The notes beneath the pieces were generated by a model. It was not told the DNA's origin. It saw only the letters and a list, made by a program, of their open reading frames with translations, and searched no databases. Shown here in pieces: positions 36,210-44,420 of a DNA stretch of 64,000 bases. Both the position numbers and the translations under genes were made by a program. The stretch is from an uncultured Bacilli bacterium (GTDB lineage Bacteria; Bacillota_I; Bacilli_A; RF39; UBA660), in contig CALVIX010000002.1 in NCBI GenBank assembly GCA_944331895.1, positions 97,099 to 161,098 on the forward strand, in the 5' to 3' direction. Position 1 is the stretch's first letter. Each line of letters begins with the position of its first letter.

Positions 36210-36986
36210 TTATAATATCATCTTCTTAATATGATCGATTCCACTTTTTTCTAAGCGAGAAATCTGTGCTTGACTAATTCCGATCTCGCTTGCAAGTTCC
36301 ATTTGTGTCTTTCCAACTAAATAACGTTGTTCTAAAACATACTTTTCTTTTCCTTTCAATTTGTCTAAAGCATCTGTTAATGCGATTCTCGTCTCGATTG
36401 GGTATCGTTCTAATTTTTTGTCTTCCAGTTGATCCTCTAAATAGATCGTATCTCCTCCATCATTATAAATGGGTTCAAACATACTTACCGTTTCTTTTAA
36501 AGCATCTAAAGCATGACTTACTTCATACTCTGTTAGTCCCATCGCTTTACTAATTTCCAATACGCTGGGTTCTCTTCCTTTTTGATTTGTCATCTCCTCT
36601 TTTATTTTCAATGCTTTATATGCAGTATCTTTAATACTCCGTGCGATTCTAACACTATTGTTATCTCGTAAATAACGTTTAATTTCTCCTAGAATCATCG
36701 GGACACTATAAGTTGAAAATTTCACTTCAAAAGAAAGATCAAAGTGATCGATCGCTTTAATCAGTCCAATACATCCTACCTGGAATAAATCGTCCATATT
36801 ATCGACACGATTGTTAAACTTACGTAAAACGGATAATACGAGTTTTAAATTTCCCTTGATCAATTCATCTTTTGCAAATGGATCCCCTGCTTGCATCTTC
36901 CGGAATAACTCCATTTGTTCTTCACTACTCAGTACTTTAATATTCGCAGTATTCACGCCACATATTTCTACTTTGTGACGTGCCAT
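36210..36986 (-). CDS. sigG: Late forespore sigma factor SigG
   Basis: KVEICGVNT..., DDLFQVGCIGLIKAID, IYNDGGDTIY, GISQAQISRLEK; a GAATA-N17-CATTATG promoter-like element upstream. Confidence 0.96.
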   Translation of the reverse strand: MARHKVEICGVNTANIKVLSSEEQMELFRKMQAGDPFAKDELIKGNLKLVLSVLRKFNNRVDNMDDLFQVGCIGLIKAIDHFDLSFEVKFSTYSVPMILGEIKRYLRDNNSVRIARSIKDTAYKALKIKEEMTNQKGREPSVLEISKAMGLTEYEVSHALDALKETVSMFEPIYNDGGDTIYLEDQLEDKKLERYPIETRIALTDALDKLKGKEKYVLEQRYLVGKTQMELASEIGISQAQISRLEKSGIDHIKKMIL

Positions 36987-37060
36987 GTCATCCTCCTTCT
37001 TATTCATAATGGGGAAAAAAAGAATTTTTATTCATCCATAAGAAAAAACAACTTACGTTG

Positions 37061-37738
37061 TTATCTTTCTTGCATCAATTTCATATAGTGTGTATAAATT
37101 TCTTTTAATTCTTCTTGTTCACTACTAGAAAGCTTTATTTTAGGATCCGTTTGTGACTCAACTGTACCAATGTGACTTCCTAAAATGAGTCCATCACTAA
37201 CAAATACGACAGTCGGATAATAAATTCTCTTGATCGTGTCGTTATTTAATCCCTCATATGGGCCTAATTCAGAATATAAAATCGTGACCAGCTCTTGATA
37301 CTCTTTTGATCCTTCTTTATCGATGACGATATTCCCACTTTCATCTAAATGTTTTTCGTCTCGATCCCCGTAATGATCGTAATAATAAATCGTATCAATT
37401 CCTACTTCCTTTGCTGATTCAATCAAAATCGGAACGACATTTCTCGTCCAAGCAGACTTAGCGTTTCCAAAAAATACAACACCAGTTTCATTTTTCAACA
37501 CTTCTTTTATTTCTTTAAAAGAACTATATTTGATCTTGTTATCCTCTGTGATCGTCACTTGAGGATACTCCTTTGTCCCATCATCAGCTACATACTTATT
37601 ATACTGTTCATATTCTTTTTTAAATTTTTCTCCATCTGTTAACTCTTGCTTCTCATCTTTTCGAACATCCTTACTTCCACATCCAACAAAGATAATTAAA
37701 CTAAAACAGACTAGTACAATCATTCCTAATTTTTTCAT
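37061..37738 (-). CDS. Thioredoxin-fold-like lipoprotein lacking CxxC
   Basis: Lipobox FVG-C; GVVFFG...SAWTR..VP.L, YYPTVVFV..G...G.H.GT. Confidence 0.65.
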   Translation of the reverse strand: MKKLGMIVLVCFSLIIFVGCGSKDVRKDEKQELTDGEKFKKEYEQYNKYVADDGTKEYPQVTITEDNKIKYSSFKEIKEVLKNETGVVFFGNAKSAWTRNVVPILIESAKEVGIDTIYYYDHYGDRDEKHLDESGNIVIDKEGSKEYQELVTILYSELGPYEGLNNDTIKRIYYPTVVFVSDGLILGSHIGTVESQTDPKIKLSSSEQEELKEIYTHYMKLMQER

Positions 37739-38949
37739 TTTAAACTTCTTTTAATTCCTTTCTTATACACTTCTACACCCGGTTGATTAAATGGATCTAC
37801 TCCAAGTAAATACGCTCCAATTGCAGCACTCATCATAAAGAAATAACACAAACTTCCAAGATTTTTCTCGTTTAACTTATCCATGATAATCATACTACTT
37901 GGTGTATTTCCTTTTTTATGTGCTGAAGCAACCGCTTTTGCTGCAATCAAATTGATTTCGTCTAGTGTTTTCTCGTACTGAGGTACTGTTACTTTCGTCG
38001 TTTTTTCAATGGCGATCACAGTTTCAAAGAGATTGTCCGGCCCTTCTTGATAGTATTGTCCTAAAGAGTGTAAATCCCTCGTATTGATCGCACTCGTCGT
38101 AAGTAGTCCCTTCTTATTTTTACCTTGTGTTTCCATCATCAACTGTTTTAACCATTCGGTAAAATAGGCAAGCTTTGGTTCGTAGACAGTAAAAGATTCT
38201 ACTTGTCTACCCTCTTTTCTCAAAATATCTCTTACCATCGCATACATATATGCTTCATTTAAATAATTCTTTCCTTGTTTTGCTCCTTTTAATAGTGAAT
38301 CAATTTGAATTCCAGCAACCGCCATAGGAAATAACCCAGCTGCTGTAAATATAGAAAATCTTCCACCGATATTCTTAGGAATCGAAAGTGTATTTAAATG
38401 ATGTTTTTTAGCAAATTCTAATAGCGATCCAGATGATTCATCCGTCGTAATAATCAGTCTATGTTCTAGCTCTTCTTTTCCATAACGACGGCGCAAATAC
38501 TTTTGAAATATTGTGAATGCAATATTAGGTTCCAATGTGTTTCCCGATTTCGATATGACGTTGACGATGACATCTTTATCCCCGATCCATCCAATCAAAT
38601 CTTTGATATAAGAAGATGATAAAGAAGTCCCAAGATAGATCACTTCCGGATGAATTCCATCACTTCCAAAATATGGATGAATCGCATCGATTACAGCTTT
38701 GCTTCCTAGGTAAGAACCACCAATTCCAATTACGATAAATAAATCGCAATGTGATTTTGTATATTGAGCTAATGATTTTAATCTTTCCAGTTCTCCTTTC
38801 GAAATTGAAGTTGAAATTTCTAGCCAATCTAGCATCTCTAATTTACGATTCATGTGATTCGTAATCTTTTGTAGTCTCGGTAAATACTTTTTAAATTGCT
38901 CTTTTGTAATTACGGATCCCATATAAGTTTTAAAATCAAACGTTAACAT
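37735..38949 (-). CDS. pgi: Glucose-6-phosphate isomerase
   Basis: IGIGGSYLG, VISKSGNTLE, GGRFS, EWLKQL..ET.GK, DLHSLGQ, PFNQPGVE.YK. Confidence 0.96.
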   Translation of the reverse strand: MLTFDFKTYMGSVITKEQFKKYLPRLQKITNHMNRKLEMLDWLEISTSISKGELERLKSLAQYTKSHCDLFIVIGIGGSYLGSKAVIDAIHPYFGSDGIHPEVIYLGTSLSSSYIKDLIGWIGDKDVIVNVISKSGNTLEPNIAFTIFQKYLRRRYGKEELEHRLIITTDESSGSLLEFAKKHHLNTLSIPKNIGGRFSIFTAAGLFPMAVAGIQIDSLLKGAKQGKNYLNEAYMYAMVRDILRKEGRQVESFTVYEPKLAYFTEWLKQLMMETQGKNKKGLLTTSAINTRDLHSLGQYYQEGPDNLFETVIAIEKTTKVTVPQYEKTLDEINLIAAKAVASAHKKGNTPSSMIIMDKLNEKNLGSLCYFFMMSAAIGAYLLGVDPFNQPGVEVYKKGIKRSLK

Positions 38950-39030
38950 AAAACCACCCTGTCTATCATATAAAATAATTCTAACACACAAATAAAATCT
39001 CTTCAAGAGTGCAATCAAAAAGAGGTCATT

Positions 39031-39723
39031 TCATAACCTCACTAAATTCTTTAATTTACGAATCACTTTTTTCTCAATTCTAGAAATATACGATTGACTA
39101 ATATTTAAAACGCGTGCGACATCCTTTTGCGTCATATCTTTATGTCCAAATAAGCCATAACGTAATACCATAATCTGTTTATCACGACCACTCAACTTTT
39201 CTATTTCTCGGTACAACAGTTCTTTCTCTGTCGCTTCTTCGATTCCTTTCGTTACGATATCCGCATCTGTCCCTAAAACATCTTCTAAATGTAGCTCATT
39301 TCCTTCGGAATCGAAAGATAGGTTATCTTCGAAACTAATTTCTCCACGTCTTTTTTTATTCTTTCGTAAAAACATGAGGATTTCATTATCGATACATCTG
39401 GAAGCATAGGTTGCTAATTTAATATTTTTATCTAATCGATAAGTATTCACACCTTTGATGAGCCCAATTGTCCCAATACTGACGAGATCCTCTAAATCAA
39501 TTCCTGTATTTTCATACTTTTTTGCTAAAAATACGACCAACCTTAGATTGTGTTCAATGAGTTTACCTCGTGCGACAATATCTCCATCTTGTGCTTTTAA
39601 AACGCATTCTGTTTCAACCTCTTTTGATAATGGTTCTGGTAGTTTATCACTACTTCCAATAAAAAACAAACTTGTACCATCACTCCATAACCGATGTAAA
39701 AACTGCATTATTTTTCTTAACAT
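39031..39723 (-). CDS. sigE: Pro-SigE, early mother-cell sigma factor
   Basis: Pro-sequence then FIG..D.LP.PL, HNLRLVV..AKKYENTG, KLATYASRCI.NEILM.LR, ISQSYISR. Confidence 0.97.
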   Translation of the reverse strand: MLRKIMQFLHRLWSDGTSLFFIGSSDKLPEPLSKEVETECVLKAQDGDIVARGKLIEHNLRLVVFLAKKYENTGIDLEDLVSIGTIGLIKGVNTYRLDKNIKLATYASRCIDNEILMFLRKNKKRRGEISFEDNLSFDSEGNELHLEDVLGTDADIVTKGIEEATEKELLYREIEKLSGRDKQIMVLRYGLFGHKDMTQKDVARVLNISQSYISRIEKKVIRKLKNLVRL

Positions 39724-39724
39724 T

Positions 39725-40507
39725 TTATCCCTCCCATATACTTGTTTGTAAAATACAATCTACTCCATCTAGATGAATCTTATCTTCTAGAAGCCCCACC
39801 AATATCTTTCTTTTTTTGAGAATTCCATCCACTGTAACAGAAGTAATAGGAATACATTCTAACATCGCATGATGATTTGCTGTATCATAGGGAATGTAGA
39901 TTTTCTTTCCCTCCGTATCCTCAATCTTATCCTTTTCCACCAATATGACAGGGCGATGAAAGTATGGATCTTTCAAATGATTTCCCGTATCGACAAAGCC
40001 ATTCCAAGCATATGTCTTCCCGCGATAGCGAAACTGGACTAGATGAATTTGATCGTATAGTTCTTCTCTCTTTTTACCTTGTTTTACATAAGTATATAAA
40101 ATAATAGGCGAAAATATGAATAAAAAGATCATGTTGATGGAAAAGCTACGATGATAAAAAACAAGACCTTCTTGTTGATAAGAAAATTGAACATTTAAAA
40201 AGTATAAAAAGCCACCCATCACAATACTAACCATGTAAAGATATGCGAACTCTCTTACAAACTGTTTCAAATTATGATACCCAAACGTCGCAAGCAACAT
40301 TCCAATGCTGATCATTACTTTTAATAAAAATAATGTAAATGAAGATAACGTTAAAAAGAGAAAGAAGATACTAGTGGCACCAACCATCGAGCCCAAAAAA
40401 AGTCTCTTATAAGACGCTCTTCGATGCAGAATCGTAGATGTCGTAAGCAAGATTAAAAAATCAAAGATTACGTTTAGCAAGAACACTAGATCGACGTATA
40501 CTTTCAT
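39725..40507 (-). CDS. spoIIGA: Pro-SigE processing aspartic protease SpoIIGA
   Basis: VY.D..FL.N..FD, multi-TM, catalytic FVDTGN.L.DP. Confidence 0.95.
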   Translation of the reverse strand: MKVYVDLVFLLNVIFDFLILLTTSTILHRRASYKRLFLGSMVGATSIFFLFLTLSSFTLFLLKVMISIGMLLATFGYHNLKQFVREFAYLYMVSIVMGGFLYFLNVQFSYQQEGLVFYHRSFSINMIFLFIFSPIILYTYVKQGKKREELYDQIHLVQFRYRGKTYAWNGFVDTGNHLKDPYFHRPVILVEKDKIEDTEGKKIYIPYDTANHHAMLECIPITSVTVDGILKKRKILVGLLEDKIHLDGVDCILQTSIWEG

Positions 40508-40524
40508 GTTTTCACCTCATTTTA

Positions 40525-40558
40525 AGTATAAAAAAAGAACACAGTGATTTGTGTCGCT
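40525..40558 (-). promoter_or_regulatory. spoIIG promoter: TATACT -10 with a Spo0A-box-like TGTCGCT
   Basis: No consensus -35; one 0A-like heptamer (consensus TGNCGAA). Confidence 0.45.
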
Positions 40559-40684
40559 TTTTTTGAAATTTTTAATGAAATTATTTCAGCTTCTTCTACA
40601 AACTTTAACTTTATATAGACGATAAATGATGATCGCAACTCAACTATATGGTTGAATTTTCTAGCAAATGTCATCTCATAAAGT

Positions 40685-41064
40685 TTAAATGTAATTGTAA
40701 ATGTGTTTTCGTATTCTATGCTTCTTCAATAGTTTTTTTGTTTCATTATTATCACTTGATTGGGCACTTTTATATTTTAAATTATCCATTACCACTTTTA
40801 ATAAATTGTTAATATTTTGAGTTGTTTGATCAGTATTTAAATCAACCACTCCCAATTTCAATGTTTTCGTTGACATTGATACTGCTGGTGGCAGTGTTAG
40901 TAATGATTAATGGCTTCTTTTTCTAAGGTTATTGCATACCCCTTTTCAGGCTTAATTTTAAAATGCAAATAAGATTCAGAAAGTTCATTTATTAATAATT
41001 CAATCCAATCGTTATTATAAAAACTTAAATGATTAAAATTAAACGCTTTCATTTCTAAACAAAA
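40685..41064 (-). pseudogene. Short broken ORF fragments at the island border
   Basis: Two roughly 60-aa minus-strand ORFs in different frames, no clear RBS or recognisable family. Confidence 0.3.
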
Positions 41065-41067
41065 GTA

Positions 41068-41153
41068 GGGATATGTCAAAAAAGTGTGTCAGTTTTTGAA
41101 ACAAGAATTTTTAAATCCAAACTCTCAACTTACACACTTTATTTTACACTCCC
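41068..41153. mobile_element. 86-bp mini-element with IS256-family-like terminal inverted repeats
   Basis: GGGATATGTCAAAAAAGTGTGTCAGTT versus reverse complement GGGAGTGTAAAATAAAGTGTGTAAGTT; inner 14 bp match 13/14. Confidence 0.55.
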
Positions 41154-41226
41154 ACAATTGTTTAATATATTTAGTTATGAATTACAAATAGAGTGATCAT
41201 TTCAATATAAAAGAGCTATAATGAAA

Positions 41227-41766
41227 TTAAAAATTTTCACGATAACTCTTTTTTCGTTTTTTCACATCATATCTGATTATAGACACAACATTGGATACCA
41301 CTATGCAAAGATTAGTAAATAAATTAGCATAGGCATTAAACACTATATAATATGGTATCCATAATAATAAGCTGCTTAAATTTATTAATCTAATTCTATT
41401 TTCGTTAATTTGTATAATCGTGATTGTATGCAAAATTGCACTAATTAACGGAATTATATCAATCCATGACTTAAATGTGATTATTGATGCAATGATAGAT
41501 AAAGCAATATAAAATGTAATTAATTCCCACGTAATTTTCTTATTTTTTACTGCGTATATATAATTAATTAATGTTTGAATTCCAAACACAAATTGTATTA
41601 ATGCTCCAGCATATGCTTTTAAAAGCAACAATCCTGTCGCACCCACAATATTTCCTAACAAGAAAAATAGAAGTATATTTTTTCTTGTCTTACATTGCAT
41701 ACTAATTACATTCAATCCACAAGCAACTAACGCCAATATTTGTGCTAATATAAATATCAAACTCAT
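41227..41766 (-). CDS. YgjV-family inner membrane protein (possible small transporter)
   Basis: Six or so TM; Q.K.RK..L, LL..AY.G, Q..E...R.I.L....LW..Y.....AY motifs. Confidence 0.8.
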   Translation of the reverse strand: MSLIFILAQILALVACGLNVISMQCKTRKNILLFFLLGNIVGATGLLLLKAYAGALIQFVFGIQTLINYIYAVKNKKITWELITFYIALSIIASIITFKSWIDIIPLISAILHTITIIQINENRIRLINLSSLLLWIPYYIVFNAYANLFTNLCIVVSNVVSIIRYDVKKRKKSYRENF

Positions 41767-41796
41767 TTGATTCTCCTAATTATTAAGCACTAATAA

Positions 41797-42246
41797 CTAA
41801 TCTAGTTTATATCCTAATTGTTTAAGTGCTAATATTGTAATTGAAGATAAATCCGATTTTTTTAATTGATGTATATCATAGAACTCTGCACCTAATGAAT
41901 CGTCATTATTCTCTGTTACTTCGATTTCCTTTTTTATCTCATTATTATATTCTTCTATTTTATAGAAAAAGCAAATATGATGAATCTGTTGAGGTTCTCC
42001 GTGGTGTACCCATTCTATTATCGTAGAATTACCATCAAAAAGAGAACACTTTTTCACATCTATCCCCACTTCTTCTTTCATTTCTCTTAATAATGTTTGT
42101 TCTGGTGTTTCTCCAAACTCAATTGTGCCTCCAGGTAAATCTAATTTACCTTTATACGGCCCATTGGCTTTCTTTATTAAAACGACTTTATTGTTTTTTA
42201 TTATAACCCCGTATGAACCCAAATGACTTATTTTTTCCATATTCAT
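41797..42246 (-). CDS. Nudix hydrolase
   Basis: Nudix box GGTIEFGETPEQTLLREMKEEVG. Confidence 0.93.
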   Translation of the reverse strand: MNMEKISHLGSYGVIIKNNKVVLIKKANGPYKGKLDLPGGTIEFGETPEQTLLREMKEEVGIDVKKCSLFDGNSTIIEWVHHGEPQQIHHICFFYKIEEYNNEIKKEIEVTENNDDSLGAEFYDIHQLKKSDLSSITILALKQLGYKLD

Positions 42247-42256
42247 TCCTCCTAGT

Positions 42257-43402
42257 CTATTTCTTTTTCAATTTTAACACATAATCATCTAATTTAGCAA
42301 CATCCTTGTTAGCTCTTTCCCACTCAAAATTTTGTTCTTTAGATCTACAGTAATCACAAAATGGAATTGAATTATTTAACTGTTCTATTGCTTCCCATCC
42401 ATTAGTTATTTCTGATAATACAATGAAGTCGTCATCACTAATTATAAAATAAGTATTAAATAAATCATTTAAATTATCAATTAATAATGGATAGTAACAT
42501 TTAGAAATTTTACCATTTCTCAAAAACCTACAAAATCTTCCTCCACAATTCTGACTCACTTGAGCACCTTCATTATTTTTTTCTGTTGATAATCTTGTAT
42601 GAAATTGTGTTATAACTTCTGGTTTCTTAAAGTAATCATCATTTATAAAATATTTTATATTTTCTTTATTTAATCTTTCAAGTATTTTTGGAAGTAATTT
42701 TTCTGTTAGCTTGTATAATGAAATTGAAATAATTACATTATTGTCACGTAATGAATCAATCATTTCTTGATTAATTTTTGGTATTAATACTCCGTTTGTT
42801 ACAAGAACCAGTTCTGTTTTTGGCAACATTGCTCGTGCCACTTTTACAATTTCATCGAGTTTTGGATGAATAAGTGGTTCTCCTCCAAGTAATCTAAAAC
42901 ATAACAAGTGAAAATAATTGTTTATTATATATAAATCTTTGGCTAAATCTTCTGGTGTAACAAAATATGGTTTGCAAATATTTGAAAAATGCGCACAACC
43001 TTTACAATTTAGATTACAATTATCAACTATGTTTGTTTCCAAATAGTTTAAAATTGCTTTGTCACTAAAATCAACTGGTAACAGATAATTCTTCAAATCT
43101 TCGATGTCTCTTATGCTGTTAAAAAATATTTCTTCTTTAATCAAAAAGGCATTTCGAAAATTTTTATTTTTTAGATATTCAATAGCACTACCCATAAACA
43201 TTGGCTTTTTTGCCACAATAATATTAAAATCTGAATTAGTAAAATCTAAATTATCTATATTAATAACAGGTTTATTATTATAAACATCTGTAGGTAAATT
43301 TGTTTTATTGTTAACAAATGCATCTATATTAATATTGTATGATTCTAATTTTTTAGCTACCTCACTAGCAAATTTACCTGTTCCAAAAATTACATTTCTC
43401 AT
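42257..43402 (-). CDS. Radical SAM protein with N-terminal Rossmann-like domain and C-terminal Cys cluster
   Basis: CNLNCKGC, GGEPLIHP, TNG; N-terminal IFGTGKFA; C-terminal C....C...NG.ISKC and CDYC. Confidence 0.9.
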   Translation of the reverse strand: MRNVIFGTGKFASEVAKKLESYNINIDAFVNNKTNLPTDVYNNKPVINIDNLDFTNSDFNIIVAKKPMFMGSAIEYLKNKNFRNAFLIKEEIFFNSIRDIEDLKNYLLPVDFSDKAILNYLETNIVDNCNLNCKGCAHFSNICKPYFVTPEDLAKDLYIINNYFHLLCFRLLGGEPLIHPKLDEIVKVARAMLPKTELVLVTNGVLIPKINQEMIDSLRDNNVIISISLYKLTEKLLPKILERLNKENIKYFINDDYFKKPEVITQFHTRLSTEKNNEGAQVSQNCGGRFCRFLRNGKISKCYYPLLIDNLNDLFNTYFIISDDDFIVLSEITNGWEAIEQLNNSIPFCDYCRSKEQNFEWERANKDVAKLDDYVLKLKKK

Positions 43403-43418
43403 TTATACCTTTCTCCTT

Positions 43419-44420
43419 TTATTTTTTTACTAATTCTTTTCGTTTTTTCAATCTACCTATTTCTCTATAGAACTTCTTATACAACCATTCATACTCATCC
43501 AAATACTCATTTGATACTTTGTATTCTTTTTCTATGATCATCTTCATTAAAGTCCATACTCTATATATAATTGTTCTAGTCAGTTCTGATTCTGTTAGTG
43601 AAGGTTTACCATAACCTTTCAAAAACGAAGAACTTATTTCTGAGTGTATAGAATGAAAATAGAATGTCATTAGTTCATCACAGTAATATAAATCAGAAAA
43701 ATCAACAATTCCACTTATATTATTGTCTTTTATTATAAAGTTACCTTCCCAAGCATCCACATTTGTTAAACTGATTTCATTAACTTGGTTTAAATCATTT
43801 TTGAATGATGAAATGAGTTGAAGTAGTTTTTTGTAATCTATACCATTTATTTTGATATTCTTTTCATTTGCATTATTAACAAGAATATTGAATAAGGTGT
43901 ATACAAAATCGTAATTATTATCAAATTCAGTTTCAGGCAAACATGGTAAGAAAAATTTATTACCCTTAATCGAACATATTTGTGAACAAATCTTTCCTAT
44001 TTTTTCTTCTATTCTTGACACAACTTCTGGTTGCATACTTTTTTTCAAATTTTGGAACTGCTCTCCCTCAATATAAGTCATAAAGAAATATGGCGTTTTA
44101 TTAATTGTTCCTGAATCATCATATAATAAAAGTTTAGGTGATGGTATATTTAAGCATTCCATTAACTTTAACATTTCTACTTCCCAAGAAATATTATTAT
44201 TTTCAAAAGTTAACATTGTTTCATTATATGTTGGTGCAATTTTTAAAACAATTATTTCGTAGTCAGTTTTTATTAAATATAATATATTTTTCATCCCTAC
44301 GTATAATTCCTCAATTGCAAAATCAACTGTAGCATCACCCAAATAATTTCTTACAATGTTTTCAATCTGAAATTTACTTGGATAGCACAAATTATTATCA
44401 TACAATTTATTTTTGTACAC
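43419..44420 (-). CDS. Aminoglycoside-phosphotransferase (APH/choline kinase) fold kinase
   Basis: G.KN..Y, VLKIAP, YFFMTYIEG, catalytic-loop VDAWEGNF, IVDFSD. Confidence 0.82.
   Translation of the reverse strand: MYKNKLYDNNLCYPSKFQIENIVRNYLGDATVDFAIEELYVGMKNILYLIKTDYEIIVLKIAPTYNETMLTFENNNISWEVEMLKLMECLNIPSPKLLLYDDSGTINKTPYFFMTYIEGEQFQNLKKSMQPEVVSRIEEKIGKICSQICSIKGNKFFLPCLPETEFDNNYDFVYTLFNILVNNANEKNIKINGIDYKKLLQLISSFKNDLNQVNEISLTNVDAWEGNFIIKDNNISGIVDFSDLYYCDELMTFYFHSIHSEISSSFLKGYGKPSLTESELTRTIIYRVWTLMKMIIEKEYKVSNEYLDEYEWLYKKFYREIGRLKKRKELVKK

Noticed and set aside
42257-43402. Radical SAM next to nucleotide kinases suggests a prokaryotic viperin
   Set aside because: Motif is CNLNCKGCAHFS with an extra N-terminal domain and C-terminal Cys cluster; I could not see viperin-specific motifs
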